Under the pieces are notes generated by a model, which was not told the DNA's origin, ran no database searches, and saw nothing but the letters and a program-made list of their open reading frames with translations. Positions 9,536-18,562 of a stretch of DNA of 64,000 bases are shown here, piece by piece (within the stretch, counting starts at the first letter, position 1; each line of letters starts with the position of its first letter). The stretch comes from Alphaproteobacteria bacterium. GTDB taxonomy: Bacteria; Pseudomonadota; Alphaproteobacteria; UBA828. The position numbers and the translations under genes were made by a program. The stretch spans positions 192,001-256,000 of the forward strand of contig CBDCQT010000007.1 of assembly GCA_965220745.1 (NCBI GenBank). The letters are read 5' to 3'.

Positions 9536-10393
9536 ATGGCGAAGACCGCACGCGCTGAGACCCAGCCCTTGAGCATCGAAGACGAGATCACGCAGGCGGC
9601 AATCGAGCGTCTGGAACAGGGCGCCGACGGGCGGTTGCGGGAGATCATGGTCAGTCTGACCCGGCACCTGCACGGGTTCATCCGCGACATCGAGCCAACC
9701 GAGGAAGAATGGCTCGCGGCGATCCGCTTCCTGACCGAGACCGGCAAGAAGTGCGACGAGAACCGCCAGGAGTTCATCCTGCTCTCGGATACGCTCGGCG
9801 CAAGCATGCTCATCGACGCCATCAACAACCGCAAACCAGGCGGTGCCACCGAGAGCAGCGTGCTCGGCCCCTTCTATCGCGAGGGCGCGCCGGATTACGA
9901 GAACGGCGCCGACTTGGCGGACGGGGAGACCGGCGGCGAGCGCGTGCTCGTCTCGGGCAGGGTGACCGACCTCGACGGTGCGCCCATCGCGGGCGCGGTG
10001 CTCGACATCTGGCAGACTGCGTCAAACGCCGCGTACGCGGCGCAGGATCCGTCCGGGACTTCGTTCAACCTCTGCGGCCGGCTCACCACCGAGGCGGACG
10101 GGCGCTACTGGTTTCGCACCCGCAAGCCCGTGAGCTACACGATCCCGGGCGATGGTCCGGTCGGCGCCATGCTGGATGCCGCCGGCCGTCACAACTGGCG
10201 CCCGGCCCACATTCATTTCATGCTGTCGGCGGCGGGGTACGAGACGCTGGTGACGCAGCTCTTCACCGACGACGACCCCTACCTCGGGAGCGATACCGTC
10301 TTCGGTGTCAAGGACTCCCTGGTCGTGCACTACGATCAGACCGACGAGGGCCTGCGTCTCGACCACGACTTCGTCATGACGGCTGAGGCCTAG
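9536..10393 (+). CDS. intradiol ring-cleavage dioxygenase (hydroxyquinol/catechol 1,2-dioxygenase family)
   Basis: RQEFILLSDTLG, SVLGPFY, DIWQT...Y, YTIPGDGPVG, WRPAHIHF (Fe ligands), LVTQLF, VFGVKDSL. Confidence 0.9.
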   Translation: MAKTARAETQPLSIEDEITQAAIERLEQGADGRLREIMVSLTRHLHGFIRDIEPTEEEWLAAIRFLTETGKKCDENRQEFILLSDTLGASMLIDAINNRKPGGATESSVLGPFYREGAPDYENGADLADGETGGERVLVSGRVTDLDGAPIAGAVLDIWQTASNAAYAAQDPSGTSFNLCGRLTTEADGRYWFRTRKPVSYTIPGDGPVGAMLDAAGRHNWRPAHIHFMLSAAGYETLVTQLFTDDDPYLGSDTVFGVKDSLVVHYDQTDEGLRLDHDFVMTAEA

Positions 10394-10528
10394 CCCGCGG
10401 ATCGCCCTCTGCGGCGGAGGGTCTAAATCGCTCGGTTGGACGGCCCTGAGCCGCCTCCGGCCCTGAATTCGTGACGGTCCAGCGACTCGAGAGTTTCAAA
10501 CCCGCGTCGACTCCCCGTCGCAAGGACT

Positions 10529-10575
10529 TTGTCATCCCGATCCATCTCTCTCTCTATAATACATTGTAATTGAAG
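10529..10575 (+). promoter_or_regulatory. probable promoter of the amt operon
   Basis: AT-rich patch in GC-rich DNA with perfect TATAAT (10555-10560); TTGTCA at 10529-10534 is 20 bp away (longer than canonical); TACA-T-TGTA inverted repeat at 10560-10568. Confidence 0.35.
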
Positions 10576-10721
10576 CTATTTTCCGGTGTCGTCCAGACGC
10601 TGTGGCAGGCCGTGCTGGACATGCCCCCGCGGGCTGCTCAAGATTTGTGGTTGCGACTCGGGCCGCAACACCGTGAGTGGCAACGCAGCGGTGTGCGGCA
10701 TCACAAGGTATGGGGGGCGCT

Positions 10722-12128
10722 ATGGGTGATCCTGTCGATGCCCTGACAACAATTTTCACCGAATCCTACTACTGGATCACGGTGGTCATGATGTTCCTCA
10801 TTCACGCCGGGTTCTGCACCTACGAGGTAGGGGCGTCCCGGCGCAAAAACGTTCTCCACACGTTGATGAAGAACACGATGCTGATCCCTCTGGTCACCGT
10901 CACGTTCTTCTTCTTCGGGTGGTACGTCTATTTCGCATTTCCCAATGTTCCGTTCGCATCCGGCGGATTCTCCGATGCGTCGTTCGCGGAGCCGTGGGAC
11001 GAGTTCATGGGCGCTCACATGCAGGACCGCATCCTTGGCGTGTTCTGGGCGGCGTTCCTGCTCTTCTCATGGACCACCGCCTCGATTGTCTCGGGCGCGG
11101 TGATCGAGCGTATCAAGACCGGCGCGTTCCTCATCTTCGCGGTCCTGATCGGCTCCTTCACCTGGATCCTCGACGCGGCCTGGGGCTGGCACCCGGGCGG
11201 CTGGATGGTCCAGATCTTGGGCTATCACGATGCCTACGCATCCGGCGTGGTGCACGCCATCGCCGGCGGCTCGGCCCTCGCGATCCTCTTTGTGCTGGGG
11301 CCACGTATCGGCAAGTTCGGGCCGAACGGAGAGGTCAACGAGATCAAGCCGCACAACCCATGGCTGGTCACGGTCGGGCTGTTCCTGATCTTCACCGGCT
11401 TCTGGGGCTTCTACGCGGCCTGCAACGTGCCGATCATCGACATCGGCGGCGAGGCAGGGACCTTCTTCTCGGCGACCAACATCTACGGGATGCCGACGAC
11501 GCTGTCTGCGATCGTCTACAACTTCCTGATGTCCTTCTCGGGCGGCCTGATGGCGGCTTACCTCGTCAGCAAGGGCAATCCGTTCTGGACCTATTCAGGC
11601 GGTCTCGGCGGCATCATCGCGGCCTCTGCCGGCAACGACCTCTATCATCCGTTGCAGGCGCTGTTCATCGGTGGGGCCGGCGTGGTGTTCATGTTCTACG
11701 TGCACCACTGGGTCGAGCGGAAGTTCAAGATCGACGATGCGGTCGGCGCGGTCGCCGTGCACGGTTACGCCGGGTTCTTCGGCGTCATCGTGTGTGGCTT
11801 CGTGCTCTGGGGCTACCCGGCCGCGGCGCCGACGTTCGGCGACTATGGAGCACGCGAGGCCTCGATCGCCCTGTTCACGACTCCGGAAGGCCTGCCGCAA
11901 ATCAACCCGGTCGGCCAGATTCTGGGGGCGATCATCATGTTCTGGGTGCTGGGCTTCCTGCCCTGCTACGTCCTGGCCCGGGTCCTGCAGTACTTCAACA
12001 TGCTGCGGGTGCCGCGCGAGGTCGAGCTGGCGGGGCTGGATACGCATCAACTCGGTGATGCGTATCCCTACCATGCACACCAGGAGACGGCGTTCGAGAA
12101 GATCGAACGCACCTACGCCAAGGAATAG
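10722..12128 (+). CDS. amt: ammonium transporter (Amt/Mep/Rh) family, divergent subgroup
   Basis: About 11 TM helices, IVSGAVIER, D...VVH (first pore His), LGPRIGKF, IDDAVGAVAVHG (second pore His), EVELAGLD; start taken at ATG 10722. Confidence 0.9.
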   Translation: MGDPVDALTTIFTESYYWITVVMMFLIHAGFCTYEVGASRRKNVLHTLMKNTMLIPLVTVTFFFFGWYVYFAFPNVPFASGGFSDASFAEPWDEFMGAHMQDRILGVFWAAFLLFSWTTASIVSGAVIERIKTGAFLIFAVLIGSFTWILDAAWGWHPGGWMVQILGYHDAYASGVVHAIAGGSALAILFVLGPRIGKFGPNGEVNEIKPHNPWLVTVGLFLIFTGFWGFYAACNVPIIDIGGEAGTFFSATNIYGMPTTLSAIVYNFLMSFSGGLMAAYLVSKGNPFWTYSGGLGGIIAASAGNDLYHPLQALFIGGAGVVFMFYVHHWVERKFKIDDAVGAVAVHGYAGFFGVIVCGFVLWGYPAAAPTFGDYGAREASIALFTTPEGLPQINPVGQILGAIIMFWVLGFLPCYVLARVLQYFNMLRVPREVELAGLDTHQLGDAYPYHAHQETAFEKIERTYAKE

Positions 12129-12137
12129 GAGGATAAG

Positions 12138-12395
12138 ATGGCTTCGACCGGCTTGGACTCCTTTACCAATCCCGCCGAAATCGGCGCCATGTACCCTGGC
12201 GTGGGCGCCGAGACGGCGATGGTCGGAATCCTCGTGGCCCTCTGGGTAGGCTGGCACTTCTTCCAGATCTACCAGGAGGAGAGCGAGTATCGCGAAGCGG
12301 TCAAGCTCTACCGCGAGGTCGGCATGGAACGCGCCATGCACCATGCCACCGGCACCATCGCGACGGCGGACGAGGTTCAGATCGCCAAGAGCTGA
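12138..12395 (+). CDS. small single-pass membrane protein, Amt-associated, function unknown
   Basis: Strong RBS (AGGAGG) 9 bp after the amt stop; IGAMYPGVG then TM helix ending WVGWH; host-like codon usage. Confidence 0.8.
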   Translation: MASTGLDSFTNPAEIGAMYPGVGAETAMVGILVALWVGWHFFQIYQEESEYREAVKLYREVGMERAMHHATGTIATADEVQIAKS

Positions 12396-12420
12396 TCTCG
12401 CGCCACCGTCGTTACGTTAC

Positions 12421-12451
12421 AGGGCGGGCCTTCGGGCCCGCCCTTCTTGTT
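12421..12451 (+). terminator. intrinsic terminator
   Basis: AGGGCGGGCC-TTCG-GGCCCGCCCT 10-bp stem with cUUCGg tetraloop followed by TCTTGTT. Confidence 0.8.
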
Positions 12452-12454
12452 CGG

Positions 12455-13327
12455 TTATTCGGCGGAGGCTCCGGCGCCGTCCTCCAGCGCTTGCCGTGCA
12501 TCCGCAATGGCCATGCGGAATTGTGCGATCGGCAGGGCGCCGCGGATCATGCGATCGCCGACGACGAAGGCCGGCGTTCCCCGAATTGCGAGGGCGCTGG
12601 CGAGCACGGCGTTCCGATCGATCAGCGTATCGATGGCCGGCTCCTCCATGTCGCGCGCGAGCCGCTCGTCGTCGAGGCCGACGGAGCGCGCGACCGCGAG
12701 GATGTGGTCGAGATCGAAGGGGCCGTCGGCGCTCATCAACGCCCAGTGAAACGGCTCGTAGAGGCCCTGCGCCCGGGATGCGAGCGCCGCGCGGGCCGCC
12801 AGCGTCGATTCCGGCCCCAGGATCGGGAACTCCTTGAAGACGACGCGCAGGTCGTCGTTCTCCGCGAGCAGGGTCTCCAGCGTGGGCTTGACGCGCCGGC
12901 AGTAGCCGCAGCGATAGTCGAAGAACTCGACCAGCACGATGGCGCCCTCGGGATTCCCCGCGACCGGCGCCTCGGGGTCCGAGAAGATATCGTCGCGCAG
13001 GCGATGGATGGCCTGCTGCGCCTGCAGGGCGGCCTCTGCATCGCGCTTGGCCTGCAGCGCCTGCTGAACCTCGATCAGCAGCTCCGGCTGCTCGAGGAGA
13101 TAGTCGCGGATGATCTGCCGGATTGCCTCCACCGGCAGATCGCCGGCTGCCGCGGTGCCATCATCCATGGTCTTGGCGGGGGTCTCGGGATCGCAGCGGC
13201 CGTCTTCGATCTTGTCGGGATCGCAGACGACCTCGGCCTGCCCCGGCTGGGCGACGGCAAAGGCAAGGCCGAAGGCGAGGCCGGCTGCAACGAGGGTGCG
13301 GGCGAGTAGCGTGCGGTATTTCTCCAT
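12455..13327 (-). CDS. DsbA/ScsC-like thiol-disulfide oxidoreductase
   Basis: Signal peptide from ATG 13327, IIRDYLLEQPELL helix, EFFDYRCGYC active site, KEFPILG, IRGTPAF cis-Pro loop. Confidence 0.9.
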   Translation of the reverse strand: MEKYRTLLARTLVAAGLAFGLAFAVAQPGQAEVVCDPDKIEDGRCDPETPAKTMDDGTAAAGDLPVEAIRQIIRDYLLEQPELLIEVQQALQAKRDAEAALQAQQAIHRLRDDIFSDPEAPVAGNPEGAIVLVEFFDYRCGYCRRVKPTLETLLAENDDLRVVFKEFPILGPESTLAARAALASRAQGLYEPFHWALMSADGPFDLDHILAVARSVGLDDERLARDMEEPAIDTLIDRNAVLASALAIRGTPAFVVGDRMIRGALPIAQFRMAIADARQALEDGAGASAE

Positions 13328-13371
13328 CGCGGGAGGGTACCCGCGCGGCGCGCCCGTTGCCAGCCTCGGGA

Positions 13372-14247
13372 TTAAGACTCGACGGCGCGGCGGGCACGGA
13401 AGCGGAGCGTCGCCAGAACGAGGCCGATGAGCACCAGCCCGACGCCCGCGAGCCGCTGCGGCCCCAGGCTTTCGTCCAGCAGCAGCGCGGTGCTGATCAG
13501 GCCCGAGATGGGGATGACCAGAGAGAAGGGCGTCACCAGGTAGGCCGGATAGCGGCGCAGCAGGTAGCTCCACAGCATGAAGCCGAAGCAGGTGGCGATC
13601 AGCCCGAGGAAGAACAGCTCGCCGATGGTGATCCAGGTGATATCGACAAGCGCGGTGAAGGCCGCCGGGCCCCCTTCGAAGACATAAGAGAGCCCGAGCA
13701 GGGGCGCGATGCCGATCAGGTGTGCCCAGGCGATCAGGCGCAGCAGGTCGTCGGTGCCGGCGAGCTTGACGATCATGTTGGAGGAGGCCCAGCACACGGC
13801 GGACACGAGCACGAAGCCGAGGCCCGCGAGAGTCGGGCCGCCCGGCAGGGTGAGGCCGATGATCGCGATGCCCGCGCCGGAGACGGCGATGCCCGCATAC
13901 TGGGTGCGCCCCGGCCTCTCACCCAGGATCGCGAAGGCGAAGATCGTGGTGAAGAAGACCTGGGACTGGAGCAGCAGCGAGCTGAGCCCTGCCGGCATGC
14001 CGAATTCCATGGCGAAGAACAGCAGCGACATCTGGATCGTGCCCTGAGTCAGACCGATACCTAAGGTCCAGTACCAGCGGATCGCCGGCGGGCGAAAGAG
14101 AACCAGGACGGGCAGCGCGGCAACGACGACGCGGAGCCCGGCCACCATGAGCGGGGGCAGGGCATCGAGCAGCTCCCGCATGACCACGAAAGAGAAGCCC
14201 CAGAGGCCGGTCACGGCGAGAGCGAGCGCGATGTGGGGGATCGACAT
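13372..14247 (-). CDS. EamA/DMT family transporter
   Basis: LWGFSF, GMPAGLSSLLLQSQVFFT, LLRRYPAYLVTPFSL; about 10 TM helices; start ATG 14247. Confidence 0.88.
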   Translation of the reverse strand: MSIPHIALALAVTGLWGFSFVVMRELLDALPPLMVAGLRVVVAALPVLVLFRPPAIRWYWTLGIGLTQGTIQMSLLFFAMEFGMPAGLSSLLLQSQVFFTTIFAFAILGERPGRTQYAGIAVSGAGIAIIGLTLPGGPTLAGLGFVLVSAVCWASSNMIVKLAGTDDLLRLIAWAHLIGIAPLLGLSYVFEGGPAAFTALVDITWITIGELFFLGLIATCFGFMLWSYLLRRYPAYLVTPFSLVIPISGLISTALLLDESLGPQRLAGVGLVLIGLVLATLRFRARRAVES

Positions 14248-14310
14248 GGCAATCAGGGGCGAACGCAACGCCGGTGGGCCCAGGGGCGGGCAGGGGCCCG
14301 TGCGGCGCGG

Positions 14311-15306
14311 CTAGCCTGGTTCGGCCTCGCCCGGCTCCGGGCGCTCGCGGCGGCGCAGGATGACAAAGAAGACCCCCAGCATGAGGCAGAGCAGGGCGAG
14401 CCAGACCCAGTGGCTGTGGCTCTCGCCGAAGAACAGGATGCCCCAGCCGATGCCGGAAAGGGCGACGATGAAATTCACCGTCGAGAAAAAGACCGGTCCC
14501 AGGAAGCGGATCAGCTCAACGAACAGGTATATGCCAAGAGCCTGGACGAAGATGGCGGTGATCAGCGCCCAGTCACCCGCGTCCATCGGGCCCTCGAACC
14601 ACCACCAACCGTCGGTCGCGGCCACCGCCGCGAGGATCGGGAGCGAGCCGAAGAAGAAGAAGCCGAACGCGAAGTGGAGTGAGTCGGTCGCCGGTGGGCG
14701 CATGATCGCCGTGGCCAGGCTAGTGGTCGTGTAGCCCACGGGCAGCAGCAGGGCGAGCAGGATCCACGGCACCAGATCGCGCGAGGGCAAGCTGGTTTCC
14801 GGCACCACCAAGAGCGCCACGCCGACGATACCGACGGCGAAGCCGAGGACCCGTGGCCACCAGATCCTTTCCAGCCTGAAGGCGACCGCGCCCACGTAGG
14901 TGAGGATGGGGGACAGCACCACGAGCATGCTGATGATGCCGGCCGGCACGCCTTCACCGCTGACGAAGCCCACGGTCAAGAACGGCACGCCATAGCCGGA
15001 GATGCCGGCGACTGCGTAGGAGCTTACGTGGGCGCGGGAGAGCGGCGGCGGTTGCCCGTAGATGAGCGCCAGAAGCAGGCTGACCGCGGCTCCGCCCATG
15101 CCCATCAACAGCACGAAGCTGGTGAAGGGAACGCCGTTGGCGACCGAAACCCCGGTGAGCGAGTAGCTCAGGCCGTAGAGGACGCCGGTCAGGAAGAGCA
15201 GCGCGACCGCGATCCAGAACCCCGCCGGCCGCGCGGCCCAGCGGCGAGCGCGGCCGACGCGTATGGCGCTCGGATCGTCAGAAGGCTCGGAGTCCCGAAG
15301 GGACAA
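14311..15306 (-). CDS. DMT/EamA family transporter
   Basis: About 10 TM helices, PAGIISMLVVLSPILT, GPVFFSTVNF, WGILFFGE; start uncertain. Confidence 0.82.
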   Translation of the reverse strand: MSLRDSEPSDDPSAIRVGRARRWAARPAGFWIAVALLFLTGVLYGLSYSLTGVSVANGVPFTSFVLLMGMGGAAVSLLLALIYGQPPPLSRAHVSSYAVAGISGYGVPFLTVGFVSGEGVPAGIISMLVVLSPILTYVGAVAFRLERIWWPRVLGFAVGIVGVALLVVPETSLPSRDLVPWILLALLLPVGYTTTSLATAIMRPPATDSLHFAFGFFFFGSLPILAAVAATDGWWWFEGPMDAGDWALITAIFVQALGIYLFVELIRFLGPVFFSTVNFIVALSGIGWGILFFGESHSHWVWLALLCLMLGVFFVILRRRERPEPGEAEPG

Positions 15307-15345
15307 GGGATGCGGATGGGGCGGCCGGCTGCGCCGCCAAGGGCC

Positions 15346-15624
15346 TTAAGCCCCGCCGTCGCCTCCGGCGCGGGACTTCGCCCACCACCGCAACGCCGGC
15401 CTCAGCAGCATCTTGATGATGCCGCCCGCCAGCACGAACACGGTGACGTAGATGAAGAGTACTCCGGCGATGCCATATCCGTCTTCCGCAGGGAGAAGCT
15501 CCGCACTCACCATCAGGTAGGCAGTGACGACACAGAAGATCAGCGCGGCCAACAGCGCCGGCGTTTCGCCCGAGTACCAGAGCTGGCGCAGTCGACGCTT
15601 ACGATGCTCGTCCAAGATAGCCAC
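15346..15624 (-). CDS. hypothetical small membrane protein (two TM helices)
   Basis: 92-aa ORF, basic N-terminus and two hydrophobic helices, same strand as neighbours, GTG start. Confidence 0.6.
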   Translation of the reverse strand: MAILDEHRKRRLRQLWYSGETPALLAALIFCVVTAYLMVSAELLPAEDGYGIAGVLFIYVTVFVLAGGIIKMLLRPALRWWAKSRAGGDGGA

Positions 15625-15725
15625 GGCTGTTCCCCGTCAGTTGTCGCCGGGCATGTTAGCCAAAGCCGCCCGCTGGGCAAGCCCTTCCTGGCCGTGACGA
15701 CGCGTCCTGGCCGGCGAAAGCGCCG

Positions 15726-16781
15726 TCACGAGGGCACGCGCGCAGCAGCGGGCTGTTCCAGCAGCCCTTCCCTTGCCGCGAGCGCCATCGCCCGGGCAAT
15801 CTCGACGGTGAGCGGGCCGTCCGGCTGCAGCACCACCGCCACCCGATCGTTGGGGCCGAAGGCGATTTCGCGCTCGCCGTCGAGTGCCACCACGCCGCGC
15901 TCGAGCCGGATGGGATGCGGCACTCCGGCCTCCAGATCGACCACCCGCTCGACCCCGATCTCCGCCATCAGCCCCGGCGCCAGCGGTGCCGAGACCGTCC
16001 GTGCCGCGCCCGGCGCTGCCGCCAGATCGACGGCGACGCCGGTCGGCTCATCGCGTGAGACCGGGCGCACGAGGCCCGCGACCGAGGAGAGACCGATGGC
16101 GTCGGCTTCGGCAAACGTCACAAACAACTGGTCGAGTGAATCGGCCCGCCAGAGTGCCTTCGCCCCGGTCCAGGTCTCGTCGCTGACGCAGACGTCGACA
16201 AGCGCGATGTCGCGCGGTGCGCCGTTGACCGTGACGCGAAGCACCTTGTTGCGCCGCGCCGCCTGGTCCTGCGGCAGCGCACCGGTTGCGACCAGTCCCG
16301 CCGCGAGGCCGGCGATGGTCGCTTCGCGCATCATCGGAAAGACGTTGTTGGTCCCGGTCGAGAGCGAGGTCAGCGGCACCCCGTCGCAGGCCTGCGCGAC
16401 CAGCCGGTTGGTGCCGTCGCCGCCGAGCACCATGATTCCGCCGACGCCTCGTTCGACCATGCGGGCGGTGGCTTCGAGCGTGTCGGCAGGCGAGCCCTCG
16501 ATCGGCATGTCCAGGAACTCCACCTCGGGCCACACCTGGCCGTCCGGCGGACCCAGGCCGATCGCGCGCTTCACCCGGTCGGCGATGCCGCTCTCGTCCG
16601 GAATCATGTAGCAGGTGCTCACGCCGACCGCGCCCAGGGCCGAGAAGATGCGCGTGATCATGTTGCGCTTCTCGGCGATCGGGAACACCGATGCCTGGGC
16701 GACCAGGCGCCTGATGTCGCGGCCGGCGGCGGGGTTGGCGATAATGCCGACCGCCGCGCCGCTCCGGGTTTTTCTTGCCAT
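15726..16781 (-). CDS. ATP-NAD kinase / AcoX-like protein
   Basis: RBS GGAGGG then ATG 16781; VGIIANPAAGRDIRRLVA, VLGGDGTNR, STGTNNVFP, ALDGEREI. Confidence 0.85.
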   Translation of the reverse strand: MARKTRSGAAVGIIANPAAGRDIRRLVAQASVFPIAEKRNMITRIFSALGAVGVSTCYMIPDESGIADRVKRAIGLGPPDGQVWPEVEFLDMPIEGSPADTLEATARMVERGVGGIMVLGGDGTNRLVAQACDGVPLTSLSTGTNNVFPMMREATIAGLAAGLVATGALPQDQAARRNKVLRVTVNGAPRDIALVDVCVSDETWTGAKALWRADSLDQLFVTFAEADAIGLSSVAGLVRPVSRDEPTGVAVDLAAAPGAARTVSAPLAPGLMAEIGVERVVDLEAGVPHPIRLERGVVALDGEREIAFGPNDRVAVVLQPDGPLTVEIARAMALAAREGLLEQPAAARVPS

Positions 16782-16952
16782 TGTCCCTCCGCGAGGGCTT
16801 ATAGCCCGGCCAGCGACGCAGCGCCATGCGCCTCTCGCCCCGCTTCGCGCGTGCCGACTTCGTTGTGACCGGCGCATTCGCTTCGTGTAGAAACGGCGGG
16901 CCAAATGGCAGGCAGCGCGTGCCGCGCGGCGAAGTGCGAGGGGAGAAGCACC

Positions 16953-17405
16953 GTGACTCAGCAAGGTCCGGCCAACGTTCGCGTCTACGGCGTGCTGCTG
17001 CGCGGCGGCCGTGTGCTGATCGCGGATGAGCAGGTTGGCGGGCGCGACGTGCTCAAGCTCCCCGGCGGCGCGGTCGAGGCAGGCGAGACGCCGGAGCAGG
17101 CATTGCGCCGCGAGTTCATGGAGGAAGGTCGCCTCGAAGTCAAGCCGACCCGCCTGCTCCACGTTCCGGGAACCCTCTACAGCCACTGGATTCATGGGCT
17201 GTACACGCCCATCTATTACGCGGTCGAGGGAGAAGGCGAGCCGGCAACGCCACCGGGCGAGCCGCTCGTTCTGCGCTTCATGGAGCCCGACGAGGCGGTC
17301 GCCAGCAGGCGGATGGCGGTGCCAGAAGTCGTCGCGATCGGCCGTGCGCTGGCTGCTCATCGGCGATCCTGCGCCAGTCGGGGCGAGGGGAGGACGCCTC
17401 AGTGA
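16953..17405 (+). CDS. NUDIX hydrolase
   Basis: Nudix box PGGAVEAGETPEQALRREFMEEG; GTG start after GGGAGA. Confidence 0.85.
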   Translation: MTQQGPANVRVYGVLLRGGRVLIADEQVGGRDVLKLPGGAVEAGETPEQALRREFMEEGRLEVKPTRLLHVPGTLYSHWIHGLYTPIYYAVEGEGEPATPPGEPLVLRFMEPDEAVASRRMAVPEVVAIGRALAAHRRSCASRGEGRTPQ

Positions 17406-18547
17406 GCGAACGCCAGAGGAGACACGGTCTCTCTCGGCACGGCCTTCGGGCACTCGCCGCCGCCGTTGCCGCTGTACTCTGGCTCGGGACGGGCGCGGGC
17501 GAGGGGGCGGCGCAACAGCCGCCGGCTGTGGTCTCCGTCGACGAGGTGCGCATGGAGGCCATGTTGCAAACCGTACCGGTGATCGGGCGTCTGGTCGCCA
17601 AACGGGCAGGCGAGGTCGCTGCGCGCACCGCAGGCCCGGTCGCGGCGCTCCACGTATTCGTCGGCGATCGCGTGGAGACGGGCGATCCCATTGCCGTCCT
17701 GGACACGGTCCGGCTTCGAGCCGAGCGGGACCGCCTGGCGGCGATCGTCAATGAAGCCCAGGCCCAAGTGGAGCGCCTGATAGCCCAGTCGACCCTTCAC
17801 CGTCAGGAGTTGCGACGGCTGGAAGGGCTCCGGGACTCGGCCGCGTTCAGCCAGAGCCGCTTCGAGGATGCTCGACAGCAGGTGATCATCGCCGAGAGCG
17901 CCATCGGTACGGCCGATGCCGCCCGGCTCAGCGCTGCGGCAAGCCTCTCGCTCGCCGAGATCGACCTCGCATGGGCCACGATCACCGCGCCCTACCCCGG
18001 CGTCATCACTCTGGTGCACACCGAGGTCGGCGCTTGGCTTGGCGTCGGCGAGCGGGTGGTGTCCATGATCAACAACCAGGATCTTGAGGTCGAGGCCGAT
18101 GTGCCGTCGAGCCGTATCGGGGCTCTCGATTCCGGCACGCAGGTCTCGGTGGTCCTCGATGACGGCAGCGAGCACACGGCGGTCGTGCGCACCGTCGTGC
18201 CGGAGGAGAACGCGCTCACCCGCACCCGTCAGGTGCGCTTCACGCCGCACTTCTCGGCACTGCGCAAGCCGCTCGCGATCAACCAGTCGGCGACGGTGGT
18301 GCTGCCGGCCGGGCGAGGCCGCGACGTGCTGACGGTGCACAAGGACGCCATCGTCCGCAATCAGGGTCAGGCCTTCGTCTACGTCGCCAAGGACGGAGAG
18401 GCGCAGATCCGCCCGGTGCAGCTGGGCGCCGCCGTCGGCGGCCGCTTCGAGGTGCTGGGCGGCCTCGGGCCTGGCGAGCCTGTCGTCGTGCGCGGCAACG
18501 AGCGCCTGCGCCCCGGCCAGTCGATTACCGTCGGCGGGGCCGGTTAG
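17402..18547 (+). CDS. RND efflux periplasmic adaptor (membrane fusion protein)
   Basis: N-terminal anchor, lipoyl halves (GDRVETGD; TITAPYPG), coiled-coil hairpin, GEPVVVRGNERLRPG. Confidence 0.9.
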   Translation: MSERQRRHGLSRHGLRALAAAVAAVLWLGTGAGEGAAQQPPAVVSVDEVRMEAMLQTVPVIGRLVAKRAGEVAARTAGPVAALHVFVGDRVETGDPIAVLDTVRLRAERDRLAAIVNEAQAQVERLIAQSTLHRQELRRLEGLRDSAAFSQSRFEDARQQVIIAESAIGTADAARLSAAASLSLAEIDLAWATITAPYPGVITLVHTEVGAWLGVGERVVSMINNQDLEVEADVPSSRIGALDSGTQVSVVLDDGSEHTAVVRTVVPEENALTRTRQVRFTPHFSALRKPLAINQSATVVLPAGRGRDVLTVHKDAIVRNQGQAFVYVAKDGEAQIRPVQLGAAVGGRFEVLGGLGPGEPVVVRGNERLRPGQSITVGGAG

Positions 18548-18562
18548 GAGCGCGCTCTCGCC

